This document shows positions 51,581 through 60,323 of a DNA stretch of 64,000 bases, in pieces. The stretch spans positions 11,082 through 75,081 of the forward strand of contig CAZULG010000001.1 in assembly GCA_964621065.1 (NCBI GenBank), written 5' to 3'. Below the pieces are notes generated by a model. The model saw only the letters and a program-made list of their open reading frames with translations, ran no database searches and was not told the DNA's origin. This stretch comes from an uncultured Methanosarcinales archaeon (GTDB lineage: Archaea; Nanobdellota; Nanobdellia; Woesearchaeales; UBA583). The position numbers and the translations under genes were made by a program. How positions within the stretch are numbered: the first letter of the stretch is position 1; the number at the start of each line of letters is the position of its first letter.

Positions 51581-51814
51581 CTACATTCCCATAATTAAAA
51601 ATGCAATAACGAATCCAAAAATTAAAATTGTCTCTGGTAAAACTGCAAATAAAATTGCTCGTCCCATAAGACTTGGATTTTCACTAACTGCTCCAATTGC
51701 TGCACTTAATGTGTTCTTTTGACCCATTCCTGTTCCAATTGCTGCAAGTCCTAATGCTAGTCCTGCTCCAATTGCTTTCAATCCTAATTCACTCATAATC
51801 ATATGTTCTGCCAT
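51581..51814 (-). CDS. atpK: A/V-type ATPase proteolipid subunit K/c
   Basis: AIGAGLALGLAAIGTGMGQ...LPETILIFGFVIAF. Confidence 0.92.
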   Translation of the reverse strand: MAEHMIMSELGLKAIGAGLALGLAAIGTGMGQKNTLSAAIGAVSENPSLMGRAILFAVLPETILIFGFVIAFLIMGM

Positions 51815-52115
51815 ATAACCAACTTTAATGAATAACCCTTTTTAAATCTTTTGTAGATTTGGCTCTCTTTGAGAACTGAGAAGAAATAAACTTCGAATGA
51901 TTTTTTTCTATAAATTTTAATAATTAAAAACTTTAATTCAATAATTTGAATAATAAAAAGATTATGTTAGCAATTTTTATTCTCAAATTATACAAAAATA
52001 TACTCAAATCTATTTATTTCTTCTTTATAATATTATTTTTTGAACTTAAGTTTCTTTTACACACTCTCTTAAATGCTAAGAAAGCACTTTCAACATTATC
52101 TCGAAGAGATTTTAA

Positions 52116-54080
52116 TTAATTCTTTATTTCTCTCTTCTCTCGCTCTTCTTCAATTTGTGCTATAAACTCATCAAGAGTTGTTGTAAACTCTTCATTTTTC
52201 CCATTAACAATTTTTCGAGTTCTCACTGAAATTGTACTATTTTCAATGTCTTTATCTCCTAAAATGAGCATATAATTTGGCATCTCGCTCTCAAGAGCCA
52301 TTGCAATTTTTTTACCAACTCCTTCGTGTGAATAATCTCTCTCAACTCTAAATCCCCTCTTGAACAACTCATCATACACACTATTTGAATACTTTTGGTG
52401 CCTATCAGCCACAGGAATAATTTTTATTTGATTAGGTGATAACCACAGAGGGAATTTTCCAGCAAAATGTTCAATCATAATTGCCATAAAGCGCTCAACA
52501 CTTCCCAAAACTGCTCTGTGAATCATCACAGGCCTCTCACTATGACCTTCTTTATTCTCAAATGTCAAATCAAATCTCTCGGGCAAATTAAAATCAAGTT
52601 GAATGGTCGCAGTTTGATGCACTCTTCCCAGACAATCTTTAATTCTAAAGTCAATTTTTGGACCATAAAAAGCACCATCTCCTTCACAAATCTCATACGT
52701 TTTATTATTTCTCTTAATTGCATCAGCCAATGATTTCTCAGCTAAATCCCAAATCTCATCACTCCCTAGTTTTTCATCAGGTCGAGTTGATAATTCGATT
52801 TCATAACTCATATCAAATGTGTTATAAATATATTCTACAAGTTGAAGCGCTTTGTCAATCTCATCTACTATTTGTTCTTTTGTACAGAAAATATGAGCAT
52901 CATCTTGACAAAACTTACGAACTCTTGTGAGTCCACTTAAAGCACCCGATAATTCATTTCGATGAAGTGCTCCAAAATCAGCAATCCTTAGTGGTAAATC
53001 TCGATATGATTTAAACTCGTTTTTAAATATTAAACAATGAGATGGACAATTCATCGGTTTGAGAGAATATTCTTGTTCTTCAATTTTCATAATAAACATA
53101 TCCTCTTTATAATGTTCCCAATGACCTGATGTTTCCCATAATTTTTTATTGAACATATTTGGAGTCATCACTTCTCTAAAATCATGCTCTCGATACTGTT
53201 CTCGAACAAAATTTTGAAGCTCTTTATAAATTGTAAATCCTTTTGGTAAAAAAAATGCCATTCCAGGAGCATATTCATGATTCATAAATAAATGTAATTT
53301 TCTACCTACAACTCGATGATCTCGCTTTTTTGCTTCTTCAATCATAGCATAGTATTCGTCCATCTCACTCTTTTTCCAAAACGCAGCTCCATACACACGA
53401 GTGAGTTGTTTATTTTCACTATTTCCTCTCCAATATGCACGAGTGAGCTTTTCAAGTTTAAACGCTTTAATAAGTCCTGTTCGTGGAAGATGTGGACCTT
53501 TGCATAAATCTGAAAACTCACCTTGAGTGTAGAATTGTAATTTTCCATGCTCAACTGCTCCTTCAAGTTGCTCATCTTCATTTAATGAGTGAGAGATAAT
53601 TCCTTGAATAATCTCAAGCTTGTAGGGATTGTCTTTGAAAAGTGCTTGTGCTTCATCAATTGTTTTATACTCTTTTGTAATTTCAAGATTTTCCTTGATA
53701 ATTTTTCGCATCTCCTCTTCAATCATTGAAAGGTCGCTCTCTTTCAAATCATCGCAATCAACATCATACCAAAATCCTCTCTCAATTGGAGGACCAATTG
53801 TAATTTTAGTGTGAGGGAATAATCTGAGTAGTGCTTGAGCAAACACGTGCGCAGTTGTGTGATTGAGAATTCCTTTAGACTCACTATCTTTAGATGTTAG
53901 AATTTGAAGTGTTGAATCACTCGTGATGGTGGTCGTTAAATCAACTAATTTTTCATTGTTTAACTTTCCTGCAATTGCTTGTCTTGCAAGACCTTCACTA
54001 ATATGCTTTGCAACATCAAACACACTAGGAGCATGTTCAAATTGCAATGTTTTACCATCACTAAGTGTAATTTCAACCAT
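52116..54080 (-). CDS. thrS: Threonine--tRNA ligase, bacterial-type
   Basis: TGS domain, HTTAH, DLCKGPH, RDHR, LKPMNCP, QDDAHIF, GAFYGPKID and MIHRA. Confidence 0.98.
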   Translation of the reverse strand: MVEITLSDGKTLQFEHAPSVFDVAKHISEGLARQAIAGKLNNEKLVDLTTTITSDSTLQILTSKDSESKGILNHTTAHVFAQALLRLFPHTKITIGPPIERGFWYDVDCDDLKESDLSMIEEEMRKIIKENLEITKEYKTIDEAQALFKDNPYKLEIIQGIISHSLNEDEQLEGAVEHGKLQFYTQGEFSDLCKGPHLPRTGLIKAFKLEKLTRAYWRGNSENKQLTRVYGAAFWKKSEMDEYYAMIEEAKKRDHRVVGRKLHLFMNHEYAPGMAFFLPKGFTIYKELQNFVREQYREHDFREVMTPNMFNKKLWETSGHWEHYKEDMFIMKIEEQEYSLKPMNCPSHCLIFKNEFKSYRDLPLRIADFGALHRNELSGALSGLTRVRKFCQDDAHIFCTKEQIVDEIDKALQLVEYIYNTFDMSYEIELSTRPDEKLGSDEIWDLAEKSLADAIKRNNKTYEICEGDGAFYGPKIDFRIKDCLGRVHQTATIQLDFNLPERFDLTFENKEGHSERPVMIHRAVLGSVERFMAIMIEHFAGKFPLWLSPNQIKIIPVADRHQKYSNSVYDELFKRGFRVERDYSHEGVGKKIAMALESEMPNYMLILGDKDIENSTISVRTRKIVNGKNEEFTTTLDEFIAQIEEEREKREIKN

Positions 54081-54164
54081 AGTAATAGATATAATATAAA
54101 ATGCTTTTATATAATTTTGGATTAGAAGAAGAATACTTATAAATATACAACTTTACAAAGTATT

Positions 54165-54689
54165 ATGAATTTGAAAAAATTAAATATTAAGAAAGTAATG
54201 TATATTATATTTTTTATTTTAACTCTGATAATTATTATTCCTGTTGCCATATTTTTCTTATCAGCTTTTTTATACCATTTAGCAGATAACGATCCTTATT
54301 CAAGTAAAGATGGTAGTTCCCAAGTATTAAGTCCCGGGTGTCCTGCATTAACAGAACCTAATGGAAGTGATTTTGAATGGAATAAGATTAAATCAGATCA
54401 AATGCTAGAAAATTGTATGTTTGAACTAGCTTATAATTTAGAAACACCTAGAGAAATGGTAAATTGGTTGGAAGAAGAAAGATTTGATGTTGTTTATACT
54501 AGTTCGACTGTACCTGAAAGAAAGTTAGTTTTTGCTACGTGGAATCCTGAAAATCAAAATACTTCACGACCATATACAACTTCATATTCTATATTTTATG
54601 ATTTGTTGTTTACATTTCCATACAATATTTATGTAGTTTATGAGGAGGGTAGTGTTTCAGAATCAGGTGTAGGTTTAAGAACTAAATAA
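54165..54689 (+). CDS. Membrane-anchored hypothetical protein
   Basis: N-terminal TM; 174 aa. Confidence 0.6.
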   Translation: MNLKKLNIKKVMYIIFFILTLIIIIPVAIFFLSAFLYHLADNDPYSSKDGSSQVLSPGCPALTEPNGSDFEWNKIKSDQMLENCMFELAYNLETPREMVNWLEEERFDVVYTSSTVPERKLVFATWNPENQNTSRPYTTSYSIFYDLLFTFPYNIYVVYEEGSVSESGVGLRTK

Positions 54690-54711
54690 TGAGTTTTATA
54701 TTTACTATGAA

Positions 54712-55629
54712 TTATATCACTTGTATCAACAATATTCCTCCTATCATTAATACAATAGCAATTCCTCTTCTCAGTATTTGATACAATGATAAATCTTCTT
54801 GAATAAATGATGGGAAGAGTAATGTAAATATAATTCCAAGTAAATATGCAAATATGAATTGAATATTTGCAATAGCTGAGACAATTGTCACACTTGGAGC
54901 TAGAGAAATGATATAGTAATATAATATGTCTGCAGTCTCAGTTACCAAATTTGCAAAAATGAGTAAGAAAATATACAATTTACTTGAAATGATTATCTTA
55001 AATGTTTTTTTAATATATTCTCGATTCTTTTTTTTGAGTAATAATGAGAGAACTCCAATGTATCCTCCGATTAACAAATAAAGTGTAATTGTAGAGAAAT
55101 TGTAATATTGCAAATAATAAGAGAGTAACGTGAAACTTATTGCAAGTAAAAATGTTAAGACAATCATATAATACAAAGAGAGTCTTGGTTTAAACATCTT
55201 TATTGAGAGTTGAGAAGTTGTCAAAAGCAGTGAAGAGAGAACAATTCCTCCAATTCCAATATAATCATAAATACTCAAAACAACTCCTAAAAAAATAAAT
55301 TCTAAAAACACTAAAAATAATGTGATAAGTCCAAATAATGAGCCAATATGAGAACCATTATCATGTTGAAGAGCTTTTCCATATAATGTGAAAATGTACA
55401 CTAAAGCAAATCCTTGCAATAGTAACAATACTATAATATGCCACTCAAGCATTTCAATAGGTGCGAGTATTACAATTAGTATTGCAAATATTGGAATAAA
55501 TTGGTTTGAAAAAAATATGAACGAAACAGAAGATAAAGTTACTCTCTCAACTAAAACCTTATCATAAAAATTTGAAAGTGCCCACAAAAATGTAGGAATT
55601 AATAAAATAAGCACCCATAAATCAATCAT
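54712..55629 (-). CDS. EamA/DMT family transporter
   Basis: About 10 TM segments, LWALSNFYDK, two-repeat organisation. Confidence 0.8.
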   Translation of the reverse strand: MIDLWVLILLIPTFLWALSNFYDKVLVERVTLSSVSFIFFSNQFIPIFAILIVILAPIEMLEWHIIVLLLLQGFALVYIFTLYGKALQHDNGSHIGSLFGLITLFLVFLEFIFLGVVLSIYDYIGIGGIVLSSLLLTTSQLSIKMFKPRLSLYYMIVLTFLLAISFTLLSYYLQYYNFSTITLYLLIGGYIGVLSLLLKKKNREYIKKTFKIIISSKLYIFLLIFANLVTETADILYYYIISLAPSVTIVSAIANIQFIFAYLLGIIFTLLFPSFIQEDLSLYQILRRGIAIVLMIGGILLIQVI

Positions 55630-55671
55630 TTATTATATTTTAATGTAACATTATTTAAATATTGCTATTAT

Positions 55672-56349
55672 TTATGCTGCTCTTTTTATGTTATCTTTTT
55701 TTCGAGAATTTTCAATGCTTCTTCGTATCTTCTCATACATCTCAGGCATTTGTTCTTCAATTTCTTTAACTCCAAAATGCTCTTTTGCGTGAGATAATGA
55801 ATATTTTAGACCATCAATTTTTATAAAAGGTGATTTTCTAATATATTGTAAAACATGTAGAGGAGATGAACCAAAATCTCTTTGAGCTTCTTCTCCAACT
55901 TCAATACTTGCTTTATCTCTTAGTGGAGTATAACAAGTAGTGTGAGGTTCATCTAGAAGTAATCTTCTATACGAATCTTCATTAAAATCTCTTCCTAGTA
56001 TATATCTAGCAAATGGTTCTTTATCTCTAATTATTCTTGAATGAGAAGAGCGTAAAAAATGAGGTTGTTTCAATGTTGCCTCAATAATTATTCTTCTATT
56101 TTTTGAGCCATATACCTCTTGAGCCCTATGTAGACGTTCTTCAAAGTCTGTATATAAAAATCTACTATCCATTATATAGCACTTTTTTACTCTTTGAAAT
56201 GGAACTTCAAATAAATCAGCAACTTCTTGAAGTTTCATAACTGAGTCCAATAGTATTGAGTTCATATTACTATTAGTAGAAAATCTTTTACTTAACTTCT
56301 CTATTTCTCTAAAAGTGAAATATTTTCCTACAATACCATCTAAACTCAT
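55672..56349 (-). CDS. Hypothetical protein with mTERF-like helical repeats
   Basis: Recurring hhh-x-x-P-x-h-L-x-x motif. Confidence 0.55.
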   Translation of the reverse strand: MSLDGIVGKYFTFREIEKLSKRFSTNSNMNSILLDSVMKLQEVADLFEVPFQRVKKCYIMDSRFLYTDFEERLHRAQEVYGSKNRRIIIEATLKQPHFLRSSHSRIIRDKEPFARYILGRDFNEDSYRRLLLDEPHTTCYTPLRDKASIEVGEEAQRDFGSSPLHVLQYIRKSPFIKIDGLKYSLSHAKEHFGVKEIEEQMPEMYEKIRRSIENSRKKDNIKRAA

Positions 56350-56385
56350 TCTCTAGTATTACTAACTAGTACTTATTTTTAAATC

Positions 56386-57066
56386 CTACTTCAAAATGTT
56401 TTGTGCCTCTTCAATAAGTAACTCTAAAACTTTAGATTGCTCATGGTAGTGAATAATAACACTACACACCCTCAAACTCTCAATTTCATTAATTGAATGA
56501 ATAAGTTCTAACTCTTTGAGTTCATCAAATGTAGTATAATTAGAAAAATTCAGCTGCCTTCCTGTATCCATCTCCTCATTTTCAATAAAATGAATTGTTG
56601 TCAAAAACTTATGCTCATCTCTAAATTGTCGCTTCCACGCGTGTAGACCGCTATATTTCATATTATTATTCTCATCAACAATTCGTAAATCTCCATGATG
56701 AATATTTATAATTTTTGTAAGTGAATTTCTAAAATTAACAAATTCAGTAAAACTCTTTGGAAGCAGTTTATAATAATTTGAGCAAATAATTAAATCAGGT
56801 TCATAGTCTAAAAGTTGCATTGCAAGCATATCAAAATATTGGTTTTTATTCTTCTCAAACACTCTATCTTTATCAAAATAGTGAACATAAAAATTTCCAA
56901 GCATCTCTTCTTCAACATCAAGAGGAATCTTCCTATCAACAATTAAAAACACTTCAAACTGAGGAGATTGAGCAGCAAATTCATATGCTATATTTGTAGC
57001 AGTTGATGATAAAAAAACAACAACTGGTTTAATTAACTCTAACTCTCCTTTTAGTACCATATTCAA
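56386..57066 (-). CDS. Formyltransferase (PurN/GAR transformylase-like fold)
   Basis: PDLIICSNYYKLL, IINIHHGDL, TTIHFI and EMDTG. Confidence 0.7.
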   Translation of the reverse strand: MNMVLKGELELIKPVVVFLSSTATNIAYEFAAQSPQFEVFLIVDRKIPLDVEEEMLGNFYVHYFDKDRVFEKNKNQYFDMLAMQLLDYEPDLIICSNYYKLLPKSFTEFVNFRNSLTKIINIHHGDLRIVDENNNMKYSGLHAWKRQFRDEHKFLTTIHFIENEEMDTGRQLNFSNYTTFDELKELELIHSINEIESLRVCSVIIHYHEQSKVLELLIEEAQNILK

Positions 57067-57131
57067 ATAAATAAAAGCTTGTTTTTAACATTTAGCATTT
57101 AAAAGAAAATTGACTACTCGAAATAAACCAC

Positions 57132-57860
57132 TTAATTAAAAATTTTATTTAGTAGTTCTTCTTTAGAAATGTATTGATATGAACCCAAAGGCAAAATCGT
57201 ATCATCTAGATAAAAATTTCCAATTCCTATTCGTTTTAAATTCACAACTCTATATCCACATGATTGAAACATTCTTCGAATAATGTGCTTCTTCCCTTCT
57301 TTAATAATAATTTTATATACAAACGATTGAGATTTAGTGTTCACTGCTTTAATTGATTGTATAAATGATAATGAATTATCTATCTCCACTCCTTCTTCAA
57401 TCAATTGTTTCTTATCTTTTCCCCTTAGCTCTCTATTTAATTCAACTTCATAGGTTTTAGAGATATTAGAAGATGGGTGTATAATTGTATTTGCAACTGC
57501 TCCATTTGTTGTTAAAATCAAAAGCCCAGTTGTTTGAGCGTCTAAGCGCCCAACATATTGCAACGAAGGATGTTTAGGTACTTCATCAAATATTGAGACA
57601 TAAGAGCGCGTTATTACCTTTTTTGAACATTCAACTCCTTTTTTTTTATTGTGCACAATATAAACATCTTCAACAACATCATTTGAAATCTTGTTCCCAT
57701 CAATTTCAATATCACAATCAAATGAGACTAATTGACCAATATGTGCGGGTTCGTTATCAACATTCACAACTCCTTTTGCAATCAGCTCTTCTGCTTTTCG
57801 AGTTGAGCAATATCCTCGCTTTGCAATGAGTTTGTGTATTTTAATTCGCTCCTTCTCCAA
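57132..57860 (-). CDS. RsuA/RluB-family pseudouridine synthase with S4 domain
   Basis: RIKIHKLIAKRGYCSTRKAEELI, VGRLDAQTTGLLILT, KTYEV and EGKKHIIRRM. Confidence 0.92.
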   Translation of the reverse strand: MEKERIKIHKLIAKRGYCSTRKAEELIAKGVVNVDNEPAHIGQLVSFDCDIEIDGNKISNDVVEDVYIVHNKKKGVECSKKVITRSYVSIFDEVPKHPSLQYVGRLDAQTTGLLILTTNGAVANTIIHPSSNISKTYEVELNRELRGKDKKQLIEEGVEIDNSLSFIQSIKAVNTKSQSFVYKIIIKEGKKHIIRRMFQSCGYRVVNLKRIGIGNFYLDDTILPLGSYQYISKEELLNKIFN

Positions 57861-58015
57861 TTTACCTATATTAAAAATAGATTATTTATTAATATTAGTA
57901 TTAAATAAATAAATAAATAAAAATTTTATGAAATTAAATGCATAAATGTGTGAATAAATTGTCATTGTAATACATAGTTATGAAAATTAATAAATGAGTA
58001 AATTGTATTTAACAC

Positions 58016-58708
58016 ATGAAGTCAAAAAATGATGAAACATACCAATTATTTGAAAACTACTTACGTAACTCTAAAGAGCATATCCAATCTCTTCTCAACT
58101 GCATACAACAAGAACAATTCCAATCAGAACTTGAAATCTGTGAGAGTGATGAGAAAAATATTTGTGAATTATACGAAGTAGGTGCAAACTCTCCTCTTAT
58201 ATATATATTCTCATCAACAAAATATATTCAAGAAATTGAAGAACACAGATTTAAACAACTACTCATTTCAAGTGCAAAAACCATAAAGCTAATGCAAGCT
58301 GTGAAAAAAGCACGTGAGAAAAATAATTCTCTTAAGCTCTCAATTTCTCAAATCACAAATGAGTTAGACATTCACTCAATTCAAGAACAACACAAATATG
58401 TTTCTCACTTACTCTCTCTCACACACTACTTAGATTGGGATATTGAAAAGCACCAACAAGATATTGAAAACGAATCTTATATATTATTCCCACATACATT
58501 TTTATTAGAACTCAAAGAGAGATTTAATTTAACAAATATCTTCTCAATTTATGAAGATGAGAAAATTGCAATCTTTTTAAATGCAAGGCATGAAATAATC
58601 TCATTTTTCAAAGATAAATCTGTATTCACAAACAATGACATTAAAACAATCATACTACCTGCTCTTAAACAATCATTAAATTTTAAAGAAATTTCATTAA
58701 AAGAATAA
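58016..58708 (+). CDS. Hypothetical protein
   Basis: 230-aa ORF, co-oriented with the downstream gene. Confidence 0.6.
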   Translation: MKSKNDETYQLFENYLRNSKEHIQSLLNCIQQEQFQSELEICESDEKNICELYEVGANSPLIYIFSSTKYIQEIEEHRFKQLLISSAKTIKLMQAVKKAREKNNSLKLSISQITNELDIHSIQEQHKYVSHLLSLTHYLDWDIEKHQQDIENESYILFPHTFLLELKERFNLTNIFSIYEDEKIAIFLNARHEIISFFKDKSVFTNNDIKTIILPALKQSLNFKEISLKE

Positions 58709-58720
58709 ATTGTCATAAAA

Positions 58721-59695
58721 ATGTTAACTTCTCTTTTTTCCAAAAAACAAAAAAAAAACATTAACTCTTATGAAGAAAACAATGTATCAAACTCAACTTC
58801 TTTAAAGGATTCAAGTAACAATTCTTCTCAAAGTATAATTGAAAATAAGTTGTCCCAAGAATTTAATGTAAGTGTTTCAATTATCTATTGCGATAAAAAG
58901 CACTCATCTGGTTCAATAAAGAATAACTCAATTATTCTTCGAATTTCAAATAGACTCAAAAAAACAACTCAACACCAACATGCATACGAACTAGCTAAGA
59001 AATTATCAAAAATATTACAAACTCAGCCTGAGCGATTTAATCAAAAACATATAAAAACTCAATACTTTTTAAAAGCCATTGAACAGGGTTATTGTTATGT
59101 GAACAATTATAAAATAATTCTAACATTAAATTCCACTAAAACAACTATTAAAAAAGAAAAACAAACAATAAATCGAAAACCTCCTGTAACTCTACTCAAC
59201 ATTGAAAACATTGTATCTCACAGTAATAGTATAAGTAATTCTACTGATATAAATAAAGAGAGTGATGATAATAATAGTATTATAATTTCAATTCCCAATA
59301 AAAACTATTCTCAATTAGACATAAAAGAAGTTGAAAAGATTGAGAGAAAAGTTGCAAAACTATTATGCTCAGAATTTAACTATTTACTTAAAAAAAAAGT
59401 TCATGAACTCAATTCGCAAACTCTACAATCAAAATTACAAGATATTTACTTTGATTATACATCTTCAAAATGGGGTCATTGTTCATATCACAACAATATC
59501 ATGATTCACATCTCCCTTCTCAACTCACCACAAGAAGTATTTGAGTATGTTATTTATCACGAACTTGCACACACCATTGTTAAAAATCACTCTTCTAAAT
59601 ATTGGAAAGTTTGTAATTCTCTTACTCCTCATACAAAGTTTGCAAAACACTATTTGAAGAAGAACCCTCCTATATTGTGGCAATTAGAAAAATAA
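58721..59695 (+). CDS. YgjP-like (DUF45) zinc metallopeptidase/hydrolase
   Basis: SKWGHCS and EYVIYHELAHTIVKNHSSKYW. Confidence 0.88.
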   Translation: MLTSLFSKKQKKNINSYEENNVSNSTSLKDSSNNSSQSIIENKLSQEFNVSVSIIYCDKKHSSGSIKNNSIILRISNRLKKTTQHQHAYELAKKLSKILQTQPERFNQKHIKTQYFLKAIEQGYCYVNNYKIILTLNSTKTTIKKEKQTINRKPPVTLLNIENIVSHSNSISNSTDINKESDDNNSIIISIPNKNYSQLDIKEVEKIERKVAKLLCSEFNYLLKKKVHELNSQTLQSKLQDIYFDYTSSKWGHCSYHNNIMIHISLLNSPQEVFEYVIYHELAHTIVKNHSSKYWKVCNSLTPHTKFAKHYLKKNPPILWQLEK

Positions 59696-59762
59696 TTACA
59701 CTCGCTAATTATTTAAAAGCTACTTATATTCACAAACTATTTAAAAACTCATCTCAATTTAT

Positions 59763-60317
59763 ATGTATAATATGAGTAAGCATAATGAATTGAAAACTCC
59801 TAAATTTGAAAAAAAATCATTTATTGAGAACATTTCAAATAATCTCTATATTACGTATCAAGATTTTTTACACATAGAGTCTGAACGTGATAATCAAATA
59901 TTAATATTTGATACAAATTTTTTATTCGTGCCATTTGAGTTTAGAGTTGAGATTATGAGTGAAATTAAACGAATACTTGGAACAAAAATAACGTTTGCAA
60001 TTGTAGAAGAAACACTCAAAGAATTAGAATCAATTGAACAAAAGAAAACAAAGAATAAAAAATTTCTGCCCCTCATTGCTACATTTTTGAAAACTTATAA
60101 TGTCTCAATTATTACAAACACTCAAAATAATAGTAATAAATCCTCTTCAATACCAGACACTTCTCTTCCTCTAACGCACTATGTAGATGATATTTTACTT
60201 CAACTTCCAACAAAGTGGATTATTGCAACAAATGATAAAGAATTAAAACAAACATTATGGAAGATTCCACGAAGAGTCATATTTATGAGGCAAAAATCTT
60301 ACTTAGATATAAAATAA
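59763..60317 (+). CDS. PIN domain protein (Fcf1/Utp24-like archaeal type)
   Basis: LIFDTNFLFVP, TLKEL, VDD and IATNDKELK. Confidence 0.85.
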   Translation: MYNMSKHNELKTPKFEKKSFIENISNNLYITYQDFLHIESERDNQILIFDTNFLFVPFEFRVEIMSEIKRILGTKITFAIVEETLKELESIEQKKTKNKKFLPLIATFLKTYNVSIITNTQNNSNKSSSIPDTSLPLTHYVDDILLQLPTKWIIATNDKELKQTLWKIPRRVIFMRQKSYLDIK

Positions 60318-60323
60318 TTATAT

